A stretch of 64,000 nucleotides of DNA from Escherichia phage ph0021, in the sequence record OP557970.1. One strand, given 5' to 3'. Below the pieces are notes generated by a model that was not told where the DNA came from, made no database searches, and worked only from the letters and a program-made list of their open reading frames with translations. Numbering within the stretch: position 1 is the first letter of the stretch; each line of letters opens with the position of its first letter. The position numbers and the translations under genes were made by a program. Shown in pieces: positions 21,565 through 31,547 of the stretch.

Positions 21565-23384
21565 TACTGGCTCATCCATTCTTTACGAAGGTCAGCATTA
21601 TCTCCCATGAGCATTTCAAAAAGCTCTTTCCAATTCTCAGGAAGTTTAACAACATCATATACTGGGTTTTGAATCATCTCACGATATTCAGATTTTTCCA
21701 AAGAGCCAAGTCCTTTAATATAACGGATGCTATGTTTAGGTAGAGCATCTTTGGCACTCTCATATTCAGCGACTGTATAAAACCATTCTTGTTTTTTACC
21801 AATTTGAGCGATGATTACAGGAGTTTTGACAAAACGAATTCGTCCTTGCTCAAACAATTCTGGCCAATTACTAAAAAATCCGAGCAAAGAAGGATAAATG
21901 CTTCCTAGACCATCATGGTCGGCATCAGTCATAATAGCAATATTATGATAATTTAAGTTTTCAGCCTTTTCACCGAGAACTAATCCAGTGATTGCGCAAA
22001 TATCAAATAGTTCTTTGTTTTTAAGCATATCTGCATAAGACATACCCCAACTGTTGAGAACTTTACCGCGCAATGGATAACCACCGTGAAGTTCTTTATC
22101 ACGAACATCAATAAGATATCCGATAGCCGAATCACCCTCAGTTAAGAATAGTGTAGTGTCAGCATCTTTACCGCAAAGATTCGCTTTAATATGTTTATGA
22201 ACCTTAGCTTTAGAAGCCTTTTTAGCTGCTTTAGTTTCTGCTGCTTTTTCTGCTGCCAATTTACGGGCCAAGGCAGCTTCAATAATCGGCATTAAAATTG
22301 CTTCATTATTTAGAATAGCGCGTGAAATCTTTTTAGCATCAAGTTGAATATGACTACGAATTTCGCCAAATGGAGAAGTCAAACGCTCTTTAGTTTGAGA
22401 ATCAAATCGCATGTTTTTCATATCACGGACAAACATAACGATAGTCAAACATTCTTTGACACGTGCTTTAGTCACATCAATTTTGAACTTACGTTTGATT
22501 TGCGGAATAAGGTCTTCACAAATATCATCCATAACACAGTCAATGTGATGGCCACCATTCTTAGTGTGAATGTTATTGACGTATGTTAATTGACGAAAAC
22601 CATCCGGTGAACGACCAACCGCAATAGAACAATTTTCTTGTTCTTGAACAATAGCATGCTCATCATATTGGCGTGCATATTTCTTAAAATTGCCCTGAAC
22701 CTTTTTACCATTAAAGGTAAATTGAATATCAGGATAAACTACTGCAAGTGTCTGGAGACGATCTAGTGTAATGTCAAGATAAACTTGAGATAGCTCATTA
22801 GTTTCAAATGACATAAAATCAGGAATGAAAGTAACACGTGTTCCTTTCCATTTTCCAGGAATATCTTCCCATGATTTATTTTCCATACCATTTGAACAAC
22901 GAACTACAATATTATTTTGACCGTCGCCAGTTTCACCAACAAACATCACAGAAAAAATGTTTGTCAAACTAGAACCAACACCGTTCATACCGCCAGTGAC
23001 GCGTTCTTTATCATCACCGAAGTTACCACCTGCTTTTGGAATAGTCCATGCAGCAACAGGACCAGGAATTTCTTCACCGGTAGGTGTTTTGACCATCGCT
23101 TGTGGAATACCACGACCGTTATCTTCAACTGTTACTTGATTGTTTTTAATAGTAACATTAATTTTATTCGCGAATTTAAACTTAGTACGAATACCTTCAT
23201 CTACTGAGTTATCGATAATTTCATCAATAAGCTTAACAAGACCAGGTACATACTGAACACTTTCCCATTTACCAAACAGAAAGCGCTCATGCATTTCATT
23301 AGCAGAAGAGCCAATGTACATGCCACTACGCTTTTTGATATGTTCAATATCGCTCAGAATTTTAATTTCATTCTTAATCATCAC
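21564..23384 (-). CDS. 39: DNA topoisomerase II large subunit gp39, uninterrupted (covers T4 genes 39 and 60)
   Basis: 606 aa single ORF; GyrB-like ATPase N-terminus; T4 gp39 (516 aa) plus gp60 (160 aa) are contiguous here, as in T2/T6. Confidence 0.93.
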   Translation of the reverse strand: MMIKNEIKILSDIEHIKKRSGMYIGSSANEMHERFLFGKWESVQYVPGLVKLIDEIIDNSVDEGIRTKFKFANKINVTIKNNQVTVEDNGRGIPQAMVKTPTGEEIPGPVAAWTIPKAGGNFGDDKERVTGGMNGVGSSLTNIFSVMFVGETGDGQNNIVVRCSNGMENKSWEDIPGKWKGTRVTFIPDFMSFETNELSQVYLDITLDRLQTLAVVYPDIQFTFNGKKVQGNFKKYARQYDEHAIVQEQENCSIAVGRSPDGFRQLTYVNNIHTKNGGHHIDCVMDDICEDLIPQIKRKFKIDVTKARVKECLTIVMFVRDMKNMRFDSQTKERLTSPFGEIRSHIQLDAKKISRAILNNEAILMPIIEAALARKLAAEKAAETKAAKKASKAKVHKHIKANLCGKDADTTLFLTEGDSAIGYLIDVRDKELHGGYPLRGKVLNSWGMSYADMLKNKELFDICAITGLVLGEKAENLNYHNIAIMTDADHDGLGSIYPSLLGFFSNWPELFEQGRIRFVKTPVIIAQIGKKQEWFYTVAEYESAKDALPKHSIRYIKGLGSLEKSEYREMIQNPVYDVVKLPENWKELFEMLMGDNADLRKEWMSQ

Positions 23385-23450
23385 TTATCCTCGTTTGGTT
23401 TCGGGAATATTATACTCCGGTAATCATAAAGCTAAAGGCCCGAAGGCCTT

Positions 23451-23711
23451 TTATTTAAAACGAATAGTTGAATCCTTAAAGAACAGTCCAGAACATACTG
23501 TTCCTTCTACTTTCTGCCCAGTAGGTCCAATAGCACGAAATCCAGTATGTTGGAAATCATTTTCAGAGCAACCGAACCAGTTATATCCAGTGATTTCAAT
23601 ATTAGTAAAACCGCTTGAAGACAAAACTTTGGTTGCATTATCAGCATCAGTACATCCTACTAAAGACACTACTAATACTAATGCTGCAATAGAACGATTA
23701 ATATATTTCAT
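23451..23711 (-). CDS. putative lipoprotein (39.1 position)
   Basis: Signal peptide with lipobox LVGC (MKYINRSIAALVLVVSLVGCTD). Confidence 0.55.
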   Translation of the reverse strand: MKYINRSIAALVLVVSLVGCTDADNATKVLSSSGFTNIEITGYNWFGCSENDFQHTGFRAIGPTGQKVEGTVCSGLFFKDSTIRFK

Positions 23712-23713
23712 AA

Positions 23714-23890
23714 TTACCCTTTAAGCAAGTCGTAAAATCCGCCATTCACATGCTTAGGAGCGGAAACTAACCGAATAGCAATCCGATGACAATCAGGACA
23801 TACATCAGTATCCCTTTCAGAAATTTTCTTGATTTTTTCATATTCATGTCCGCAATCTTCGGATTGGCATTTATAATCATACATTGGCAT
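23714..23890 (-). CDS. small zinc-ribbon protein (58 aa)
   Basis: MPMYDYKCQSEDCGHEYE...DVCPDCH: a CxxxxC ... CxxC arrangement typical of FmdB-type zinc ribbons; below the ORF-track cutoff. Confidence 0.45.
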   Translation of the reverse strand: MPMYDYKCQSEDCGHEYEKIKKISERDTDVCPDCHRIAIRLVSAPKHVNGGFYDLLKG

Positions 23891-23892
23891 AA

Positions 23893-24312
23893 TTATTCCT
23901 TAAAGTGTGCTTTCAACATCTGATACAAGGACCATGCTTGTTCATTATTTTCAATAATAACTTTCATGATCGGGAATTCTGTGAAATCTTCTATTTGTTC
24001 TTGCTCTTCCTGCTCTTGTTCTTCAGCTGCCTGATATGGATTTTCCACTTCATTAAAGAACTCAGCTTCGCTCGTTGAAAGCCAAATAAAATCTTCATCC
24101 AAAATATCTTTACCGGAGGATAACGCCAATCTTCCAGTAGATGTCACAATTTTAGTAGGACGACCAAGATGGTCAATATCTATAACTTTAAAAGGTTCCA
24201 TACCTAAACGCCGCGCATAGATTCCGTTATCAGTATGGTCTTTAATAAAATTTTCTTGAGCTTGTTTATTTTTAAATTGATACCATTTATTAACTTCGAA
24301 TTTAATAGCCAT
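23893..24312 (-). CDS. hypothetical acidic protein (goF position)
   Basis: 139 aa; T4 goF is about 141 aa at this position; Glu/Gln-rich tract. Confidence 0.5.
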   Translation of the reverse strand: MAIKFEVNKWYQFKNKQAQENFIKDHTDNGIYARRLGMEPFKVIDIDHLGRPTKIVTSTGRLALSSGKDILDEDFIWLSTSEAEFFNEVENPYQAAEEQEQEEQEQIEDFTEFPIMKVIIENNEQAWSLYQMLKAHFKE

Positions 24313-24530
24313 TAATAAATTTCCTTCCAGTAAGTTGTGCCATCTTCAGTAATTTCACGAAATACACCGTAAATTGGTTGTTTATCCCCAACCTTTTCAT
24401 ACACATAAACCGAAGTCAAGTGAGTAAACTTAGCAGTGTGTTCCTTTTGAACTACTACCAAATCTGGATCGAATAATACATCTTCAAATTCATCATTAGT
24501 GCAATTCTGAACAATTTTACGTTTCATCAT
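24312..24530 (-). CDS. hypothetical protein (cef position)
   Basis: 72 aa; T4 cef is about 71 aa at this position. Confidence 0.45.
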   Translation of the reverse strand: MMKRKIVQNCTNDEFEDVLFDPDLVVVQKEHTAKFTHLTSVYVYEKVGDKQPIYGVFREITEDGTTYWKEIY

Positions 24531-24628
24531 AATTTCCTCATTAATTGAACATTGGAGCGATGCGTTTCAGAAGAGTATCAGCGCACCTTTAACGAATTAT
24601 CCATTTTATTCTTCAAGTTGTTTTCTGT

Positions 24629-24671
24629 ATCAGTAGTTGATATTGATATAGTACCATAATCAACTACTGAT
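24629..24671 (-). repeat. 13-bp inverted repeat flanking a promoter-like -10 element
   Basis: ATCAGTAGTTGAT ... ATCAACTACTGAT with a 17-bp spacer containing TATAGTACC. Confidence 0.5.
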
Positions 24672-24701
24672 GTATATAGTTTTATGAAAAAATTTTAAAC
24701 T

Positions 24702-25193
24702 TTATGCATAGCGAGCTTTGCTGTAGTGTTTAATCCAACTTTCAGGAATGACTTTGTATGTTCCTAAAAATACCGCGTTGTATAACTTAACGCCATCTTC
24801 TACCCATTGATCAGTAATGTATGCACACATAGCGCGAGTACGCTGAGGAAGTGGTTGTCCACCTTCGGTAAATTCAAACTCATAAGGAGCAATGAACTTG
24901 ATAGCTTGACCAAGTTTCCACTTAAAGTCTACACCTACATGCGAAGTATCAATCGTTTCAATTCCTTTAGCAGGAACAGCTTTCAAAAACGCAGGCTCAA
25001 GAAATTTCCATCGAACATAACCAAACTGGGGCTTAGACATTCCATCTTTAGCAATGATACGTACTTTTACTTCAGAATCTTCATCTTTAACACCGTGTTT
25101 AAGCTGAATGCTTACAACTTCGACCAATTTTCCTGCTGCTTTAGAACGGGATTTATCAGATACACGAGCAATTTCACCGATATTAATATTCAT
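24702..25193 (-). CDS. motB: MotB-like DNA-binding protein
   Basis: 163 aa (T4 MotB 162 aa) at the expected position upstream of dexA. Confidence 0.6.
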   Translation of the reverse strand: MNINIGEIARVSDKSRSKAAGKLVEVVSIQLKHGVKDEDSEVKVRIIAKDGMSKPQFGYVRWKFLEPAFLKAVPAKGIETIDTSHVGVDFKWKLGQAIKFIAPYEFEFTEGGQPLPQRTRAMCAYITDQWVEDGVKLYNAVFLGTYKVIPESWIKHYSKARYA

Positions 25194-25266
25194 AATTATC
25201 TCTCACTTGTTAAAAAGATTTTATACTCCACAGGACCATTATACTCTGGTCCCAAGAGTTTGTAAA

Positions 25267-25815
25267 CTAGCTTACACGAACATTAATCACTGCGCTACGA
25301 GGAACTACAGAGTATTCTCCAGCATGAACTACGTTCAGAAGTTCAACACCATCTTCAATCCACTGGTCTGTTACCCAACCACAGATAGGATTATCAAAAG
25401 GACGACGGATAGACACAGCAGCACACAACAAGTCTGTAGGGTCTTGTTCTTCAACTTCTTGGAACAGGATGAACTCATCTTCATAAACCAGGTTTTTCTT
25501 TATTTTGTTATTATCTAACCGGCGACCGTGGATGACGTAAGATTTGTCAAACCACTCACTTTTGGCAAATTCTTCAACAATAAATTCGCCTTCGCCAAAA
25601 ACATCAGTCAGAGTTTTATGACCAGAAATCAAGGCATTAGTTTTAATTTTAGGTTCAACCAGTTTGTAGGTTTTGCCGATTTCAATAGCGGTAGTCATAG
25701 TAGTTTCCTTAATTTCCAGTGGTTTAACAGGGCATACATAAGTGCTTACAACATCAAAATCAATCAGTTTAGCTACTGGATTTGGTGTGTATTCAGGATT
25801 ATAATTAAATTTCAT
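25267..25815 (-). CDS. MotB paralog (motB.1 position)
   Basis: C-terminal CGWVTDQWIEDGVELLNVVHAGEYSVVP aligns with MotB CAYITDQWVEDGVKLYNAVFLGTYKVIP. Confidence 0.55.
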   Translation of the reverse strand: MKFNYNPEYTPNPVAKLIDFDVVSTYVCPVKPLEIKETTMTTAIEIGKTYKLVEPKIKTNALISGHKTLTDVFGEGEFIVEEFAKSEWFDKSYVIHGRRLDNNKIKKNLVYEDEFILFQEVEEQDPTDLLCAAVSIRRPFDNPICGWVTDQWIEDGVELLNVVHAGEYSVVPRSAVINVRVS

Positions 25816-25817
25816 AA

Positions 25818-26318
25818 TTATCTCATTTCAATAAAATCTACGAGTTCAGCATGGGATTTACGGAACATTACTTGATGTCCACCAATGATAACTTCATCTT
25901 CAGGAACTTCATATACAGCGAGATAAAATCCTTTAGAAGCTAATTCTTCACGCTCTTCTCGTGTGAACCATCTCATCATATCATATTCACTAGCGAAAGC
26001 AAAATGATAAAGACCTATAAACCATCCGGGAATATGATATTCTACTCCAACATAATCTTTCTTGAACTTAGTATTAATTACTATATTAGCGTTTTTAACT
26101 AATAGTTTATCTTCGTGCGGTAAAGGAATTCTTTTATTATTATCGCTATGATGCATAAAATTAGGTCTGTCATAACCTACGTGTAATAGCCACTCTTCGC
26201 TCCATGAATCTATTATACTCCTGTACGGCGTTATTTGAACACAAAGATTTCGACGTATTGTTATAGCATCTTCATAATCAAGAATACTAAACGATGATTC
26301 AACACGATAAATTTTCAT
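25818..26318 (-). CDS. hypothetical protein (motB.2 position)
   Basis: 166-aa ORF directly downstream of an early promoter. Confidence 0.55.
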   Translation of the reverse strand: MKIYRVESSFSILDYEDAITIRRNLCVQITPYRSIIDSWSEEWLLHVGYDRPNFMHHSDNNKRIPLPHEDKLLVKNANIVINTKFKKDYVGVEYHIPGWFIGLYHFAFASEYDMMRWFTREEREELASKGFYLAVYEVPEDEVIIGGHQVMFRKSHAELVDFIEMR

Positions 26319-26346
26319 TTTATTATCCTCGGTTAGCTATGGTGTT

Positions 26347-26376
26347 ATAATACCATAACTAACCGAGGAAGTAAAC
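26347..26376 (-). promoter_or_regulatory. T4-type early promoter embedded in a 16-bp inverted repeat
   Basis: GTTTAC, 18 bp spacer, TGG-TATTAT; flanking CCTCGGTTAGCTATGG / CCATAACTAACCGAGG. Confidence 0.5.
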
Positions 26377-26382
26377 AACTTT

Positions 26383-27066
26383 TTATCGTTTAGTTGGAAG
26401 AGATAGAGGATCGCATTCTTCCTCTGATGGAGCGTCTTCAAGACCCATAGCATACCGCAAAGCATACTTCATCATCAGGATGTCTTTCGCACAGTCATGA
26501 ATGGAATCATGTGCAACAAATCCATCCAAGGTTCCTTTTGGAAGAGGACATGTGGTCATATCACGAACGAGTAGAAGTGCTTCAATTCTGGTACGAATAT
26601 CACGCTGATTCCAGAATTTACATGGTTCTAACTTAAATGTGTCAAGTTCATTCTCAGAAACGCCATTAAAACGTTGAATATCGCGAATGAGATCGACTAA
26701 AATTGGAAAATCAAACGACATTCCACGGCACCAGCCTTGAGATTTCCAAGGATCGATATTATGCGCATTGATGTAATCATTAAATTTTGCAATACCGTCA
26801 ATAGTGCTTACATCTTCATCGGATGGTGCAATATTTTTTCTAGCTTCAGGGGATTGATTCTTCCACCATTCGATAGTGCTTTTAGTAAAAAGACGATGTC
26901 CTTTTTGGCTTTTTAAATCAAATTTGATTTTAATGCCGCGTGAAACTAATTCATCAAATGTTTCAACTACTTCTGGGTTAGGGTCAAAAGCAATTACAGC
27001 TAAATCAATAACAGCTGCTTTTTCACCGCTTCCCATTGTTTCAAAATCTATAATAAAATCAAACAT
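26383..27066 (-). CDS. dexA: exonuclease A DexA
   Basis: 227 aa, same as T4 DexA; start MFDFIIDFETMGSGEKAAVIDLAVIAFD (DEDD-type 3'-5' exonuclease). Confidence 0.9.
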   Translation of the reverse strand: MFDFIIDFETMGSGEKAAVIDLAVIAFDPNPEVVETFDELVSRGIKIKFDLKSQKGHRLFTKSTIEWWKNQSPEARKNIAPSDEDVSTIDGIAKFNDYINAHNIDPWKSQGWCRGMSFDFPILVDLIRDIQRFNGVSENELDTFKLEPCKFWNQRDIRTRIEALLLVRDMTTCPLPKGTLDGFVAHDSIHDCAKDILMMKYALRYAMGLEDAPSEEECDPLSLPTKR

Positions 27067-27341
27067 TAAATTTTCCTCGCTAAATCACGAATTTGGCCTA
27101 CAGTATAATCTTGAATATAAACTATATTAATAGGTTCATCAATAAATTTTGCCATAGATTCAATATCTTTTTGTATTTCTTCAAGACTGTATATTATCTT
27201 TAAAGCTTTTTCGCGAATAGTAACATTATCAGGTCCTGGATTTTCCTCAATGACAGCTTTGACATTTGTCATAAGAGATTTAAACTGATGCAAACTTAAT
27301 TCAATCATTAATAATCGCCTTATAAAGATGGCTAATTTCAC
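27066..27341 (-). CDS. hypothetical protein (dexA.1 position)
   Basis: 91 aa; weakly similar to the next ORF. Confidence 0.5.
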   Translation of the reverse strand: MKLAIFIRRLLMIELSLHQFKSLMTNVKAVIEENPGPDNVTIREKALKIIYSLEEIQKDIESMAKFIDEPINIVYIQDYTVGQIRDLARKI

Positions 27342-27561
27342 CTAAAACATAATCACTGATTGTAACAGTTTTTACTTCACCACAAAAGAATTCTAACGCA
27401 ATCAAATCTCGTTCAATTTCTTCCAATTGAAGCATTAACTTGCCTGATTCAGTTTTCACATTTTTGCGATTTTTGCTATAAGCTATTTCATAAATTTCGC
27501 TTATTTTATCTTGAAGAAGATAAAACTGATCTTTAGTTATTTCCACGAATAGCTTCCTCAA
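27301..27561 (-). CDS. hypothetical protein (dexA.2 position)
   Basis: 86 aa; shares the L.EI..D...F....V..V.I.DY..G.I..L pattern with the previous ORF. Confidence 0.5.
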   Translation of the reverse strand: MRKLFVEITKDQFYLLQDKISEIYEIAYSKNRKNVKTESGKLMLQLEEIERDLIALEFFCGEVKTVTISDYVLGEISHLYKAIIND

Positions 27562-27793
27562 ATTTAATCAATAATTTACAGACGCTTTCATCTAATGTAA
27601 TTACCGTATCTGTATTACTATGATATGATTGTTTTTCAATTCGTTTAATTGCTAATATAGTATCACTTATAAGATAAAGCTTATGAAGCAGCTCAGCTCC
27701 TGTTACCATAACATTAAGATTATCTTGCTTATTAGTATGCTTCCTTATACCATCTATTAAACGATTTAAATATTTTGAATTGATGTTAATCAT
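27533..27793 (-). CDS. hypothetical protein
   Basis: 86-aa ORF packed between dda and the dexA.x genes. Confidence 0.5.
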   Translation of the reverse strand: MININSKYLNRLIDGIRKHTNKQDNLNVMVTGAELLHKLYLISDTILAIKRIEKQSYHSNTDTVITLDESVCKLLIKFEEAIRGNN

Positions 27794-27799
27794 ATATCC

Positions 27800-29119
27800 T
27801 CACACATAAAATACGTCATAACGACCACGGGTAACACCAACATAAAGAAGTTGTTGAGCCAATTCAGCATCTGCATAATGAATACAAGGCGTATAGATGA
27901 AAGCACGATCTACAGACATACCCTGAGCTTTATGGAATGTTGATGCAGGAAGTGCTTTCACTTTACTAAACTGTGATTTAGCATCCCAAAAATCACTCCA
28001 CGGAGCTTTTCCGCCTTTATTCCAGTTCTTATAAGTTTCTGCCGTTTTACCTAAAAATAGGTTAAACTTATATAGCTCTTCATCAGATGAAATTATTTTA
28101 ATCTTTTCGCGATAATATTCATCATCGCCGTAAGTTTCTACTGTTAAATCCCAATGACGAATTAAGTATTCTCCAGGAACACCACGAGCTTTAACAAATG
28201 TTGATGTATATTCTGCTTCTATAATACGAACTAATTGTCCATTATTAAAAATAATTTCTGACACAGGCTTTCCATCAATTTTATATGTTTTAATTAATGG
28301 TTCCTGCATTACAATAATTTCACCGACAATAAAATCTTTATCAGTTTCAAAAATCTTTTTACGAATAATGCTATTTAACTTGTCAACAGATTTATTCGTA
28401 AATGCCATTACGCGATTTTCAAACAAATCATCTAGAGATTTGACGATTGAAAAATAATTTACCATAAAATCGCGTAAAGCGGTATCACCAGTAAATCCAC
28501 GTACTCCATGCCCGTCAACAATTTTATCATAAATCCACTTACCGTTACGAACGTCAGTAGCTACATCAATAATAGGAGCATTACTGCGTTTAACTTCAGT
28601 GAGTTCACACTGATAAAAATCTTTATGTGTAAAGAATGGACTGATATAAGCAGTGTTTTCTCCTGGGTCAACAGGTCTAATTTGCTTATTATCACCTATT
28701 CCAATTATAGTACACCACGGCGGGATAGTTGAAAGCAGAATTTTAAATAGCTTTCTATCATACATTGACACTTCGTCACAGATTAATACCCTGCATTTAG
28801 CTAAATCTGGTACTTCCTTCTGTTCAAAAAGAACATTTTCTTCATATGTTACTGGGTTAATTTTAAGAATACTATGAATAGTACTCGCTTCTTTTCCTGA
28901 TAGTTTTGAAAGAATCTTTTTAGCTGCATGAGTAGGAGCTGCTAAAATAATACCAGTTTCACCTGTAGATATTAGGGCTTCAATAATAAACTTAGTAAGA
29001 GTAGTCTTACCGGTACCAGCAGGTCCATTAATAGTTACATGATGTTTCTTTTCTTTAATAGCCTTCATAACGATGTTAAAGGCATTTTTCTGGCCTTCGG
29101 TCAAATCATCAAATGTCAT
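27800..29119 (-). CDS. dda: DNA helicase Dda
   Basis: 439 aa, same as T4 Dda; Walker A GPAGTGKTT. Confidence 0.95.
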   Translation of the reverse strand: MTFDDLTEGQKNAFNIVMKAIKEKKHHVTINGPAGTGKTTLTKFIIEALISTGETGIILAAPTHAAKKILSKLSGKEASTIHSILKINPVTYEENVLFEQKEVPDLAKCRVLICDEVSMYDRKLFKILLSTIPPWCTIIGIGDNKQIRPVDPGENTAYISPFFTHKDFYQCELTEVKRSNAPIIDVATDVRNGKWIYDKIVDGHGVRGFTGDTALRDFMVNYFSIVKSLDDLFENRVMAFTNKSVDKLNSIIRKKIFETDKDFIVGEIIVMQEPLIKTYKIDGKPVSEIIFNNGQLVRIIEAEYTSTFVKARGVPGEYLIRHWDLTVETYGDDEYYREKIKIISSDEELYKFNLFLGKTAETYKNWNKGGKAPWSDFWDAKSQFSKVKALPASTFHKAQGMSVDRAFIYTPCIHYADAELAQQLLYVGVTRGRYDVFYV

Positions 29120-29427
29120 CGTAAATTCCCTGCAATTGGTATACTAACAATACGCCCAGTATCTAAAATTCGCTGATATAATCTTTGTGTGTCTACGTCA
29201 GGCTTAACATGTTTAACTTCTATTTTATTAAACCAAAACTTGCGTGGAGTCTCAACTAATCTTGGAATTCCCTTACCTAAAGCTAATCGATACTGCTCTT
29301 TAAGAGTAGTAAATACTTTATCAGCAATATTCCATTCAAAAAATACAGCAGGACGATGTTCATCAAGCGGAACTGGCGCCGTAAATCCGTCTTTGTCTCG
29401 GTAAACTATCGCATATACATAAACCAT
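29116..29427 (-). CDS. hypothetical protein (dda.1 position)
   Basis: 103-aa ORF overlapping the dda start by 4 nt. Confidence 0.55.
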   Translation of the reverse strand: MVYVYAIVYRDKDGFTAPVPLDEHRPAVFFEWNIADKVFTTLKEQYRLALGKGIPRLVETPRKFWFNKIEVKHVKPDVDTQRLYQRILDTGRIVSIPIAGNLR

Positions 29428-29428
29428 A

Positions 29429-30175
29429 TTATCCTCGGATAAGTTTAAAAATTGAACAATTTAGCGGATATCCTCTTTTCAGTTTAAGTTTATCAATAAA
29501 AGACAAATTTTGATACCGCTCTACACCTTGAATAATTTTATCACACATATCATATTGCATTTCTGCTTCTGACAGCTTTTTCACAATTTTCCAATCCGAG
29601 CCTTTAAGAAGAACGTTCAATTTAACAACTTCAGCGCCTTCTGCTATACGAGAACCATCAATACGAGCTTTAAGTGCTATAATCGTTAGCTTAACGTCAG
29701 AAGTTTGTTTTGATTTAGAAAGCTGAGAAATGTGCTCAATTCGGTTTTCACGTTTTTTCTGTATAGCTTTAATTTGATTATAAGTCTTTTTGATTTTAGC
29801 CCATTTCTTTTCATCTAAATTTAGTTTATGAACTTTTTTCGCAGATGAACGACCAATTCGCAAAGCAAATAAATCACGCTTTTCAATCAACTCTTCTAAA
29901 GTATAATCAGAACGAAATGTATTATACTTTTTCTTTACTGCAATAACATTCCCTTTAATGTATCCAACGTTATTATCAAAACGTTCTAATGATAATTTCT
30001 CTCCTTCAATACGATTATCAAAAGGTTCTCCCGAGTAAGCACAAACTTTCTGATCTAAAATGTTCTTAATGTAATTGAAGTCTAAGTTAAAATCTTTAGA
30101 ACGTCTTTTTGCAGATGCCTGAGTATGCTCTAGACGACGTTTAATTTTACGAATTTGGTTATTAGACAGCTTCAT
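29429..30175 (-). CDS. srd: Srd-like protein
   Basis: 248-aa basic protein at the T4 srd position between dda.1 and modA; preceded by an early promoter. Confidence 0.5.
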   Translation of the reverse strand: MKLSNNQIRKIKRRLEHTQASAKRRSKDFNLDFNYIKNILDQKVCAYSGEPFDNRIEGEKLSLERFDNNVGYIKGNVIAVKKKYNTFRSDYTLEELIEKRDLFALRIGRSSAKKVHKLNLDEKKWAKIKKTYNQIKAIQKKRENRIEHISQLSKSKQTSDVKLTIIALKARIDGSRIAEGAEVVKLNVLLKGSDWKIVKKLSEAEMQYDMCDKIIQGVERYQNLSFIDKLKLKRGYPLNCSIFKLIRG

Positions 30176-30211
30176 ATTTTTCTCACATCTTACGGACGGT
30201 TAACTACTTAT

Positions 30212-30241
30212 ACTATAACATTTTTACCTTAACTTGTAAAC
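30212..30241 (-). promoter_or_regulatory. T4-type early promoter upstream of srd
   Basis: GTTTAC, 18 bp spacer, TATAGT. Confidence 0.5.
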
Positions 30242-30298
30242 AACTTTATGTAAAAATGCTTTAAAACTTTCATGGTATAATGAATCTAAGTCCTTCCA

Positions 30299-30901
30299 TT
30301 ATAGATTAAATCCTTCAAAGTCAAGAGTATAGATAGTGTATGTTGAATACTTTTTATACTCATATCTATCTGCAATTCTAAATACACTTCCAGCCGGTAT
30401 CATTACTTCTTGTTCATCTGAAACTAATTCCATATTACGATAACGATGACTATCCGGAAACTTAAAGTTTGGATTGTATTCTTTACAGCGTAGAGCTTTT
30501 ATAGCATACTCCTGGAAATTGAATACCATAGGAGCTTTGAATTCAAAAATAACCTGTGTGTTATACTCTAAACCGGAAGCAAAATGTAGAGCTATATTTT
30601 TATCATATGAAGCTGATACGACTTTATCAAATGTAATAATATCAATTCCTTGATTTAATACTTGCTTAGTCTCAGCTGGAACACCTCTCCAAAGAGGTTT
30701 ATCGTTTGGAACCAAACGAGATTTGATTATTTCATTTAACCAAGTATGGTCATCTGGCTTATTAGTAATACAATGAATTAAAAGTTCAATTTCAGATAAA
30801 TTAAACCCTTCAGAAAGTAATTCTTCACGAATAGAAGCACGCACCGATGCATCCATTGATTTTATTTTAAAATCTTTTAGTTGCATTACTGAGTATTTCA
30901 T
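30299..30901 (-). CDS. modA: ADP-ribosyltransferase ModA
   Basis: 200 aa, same as T4 ModA; map position. Confidence 0.8.
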   Translation of the reverse strand: MKYSVMQLKDFKIKSMDASVRASIREELLSEGFNLSEIELLIHCITNKPDDHTWLNEIIKSRLVPNDKPLWRGVPAETKQVLNQGIDIITFDKVVSASYDKNIALHFASGLEYNTQVIFEFKAPMVFNFQEYAIKALRCKEYNPNFKFPDSHRYRNMELVSDEQEVMIPAGSVFRIADRYEYKKYSTYTIYTLDFEGFNL

Positions 30902-31521
30902 TCAACTACCTCAATATCATAAACTTTAAATATTCCAAACGAATCGTGTAATTTTTCTTTTGAAATAGAAGTTATTTTATACTTTCCAATTGGAATCATC
31001 CATTCTTGTTCACGCACAATCATCATTAAGTTATCAGTACGCTCTGAATCTAATCCATCAGTATCTTCATACGTGTACTTAAACTCAGTATTAGGAGAAG
31101 AAAGTATAATATCGCTGATATGGTCAGAATAATTAAAAGCTTTATCAGTTTTTAAGCGAAATATTATTTCAGTGAAATACTCAACATAAGAAAAACCGCA
31201 TGCTGTGTGCAAACTAGTAGTAAATGAATCTACCCTGTTCGTTGAAAACACTTCTCCAACTTGTAAATCTTTAATAAGTTCTTCTGTTGATTTTGATATA
31301 CCACGATATAACTGATATGGTGATTTAGTTAAATGCTTTTTAATGATTTTATTCAACTGCTGATGAAGAGATTCATTCTTTTTGGCTTCCATACATTGCC
31401 AAAGAATTGACTGTTCAAAGTCAGTAAATTTTTCACAGACCTTTTTATACATATCATATTGAAAATCAACGCTTTCAGCTTTTATAGATAACTGTTCAAC
31501 ATCTGCAAGATTAATAATCAT
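30898..31521 (-). CDS. modB: ADP-ribosyltransferase ModB
   Basis: 207 aa, same as T4 ModB; 4-nt overlap with modA. Confidence 0.8.
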   Translation of the reverse strand: MIINLADVEQLSIKAESVDFQYDMYKKVCEKFTDFEQSILWQCMEAKKNESLHQQLNKIIKKHLTKSPYQLYRGISKSTEELIKDLQVGEVFSTNRVDSFTTSLHTACGFSYVEYFTEIIFRLKTDKAFNYSDHISDIILSSPNTEFKYTYEDTDGLDSERTDNLMMIVREQEWMIPIGKYKITSISKEKLHDSFGIFKVYDIEVVE

Positions 31522-31547
31522 GATAGCCTCCGTATACTTCAGAAGCT

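Noticed and set aside
29429-30175. Possible degenerate HNH (His-Me finger) motif in the Srd-like protein (CAYSGEPF...SLERFDNNVGYIKGNVIAV)
   Set aside because: The resemblance is short, the catalytic histidine and the second Cys pair are absent, and the gene sits at the conserved srd position. Without a profile search this is not supportable.
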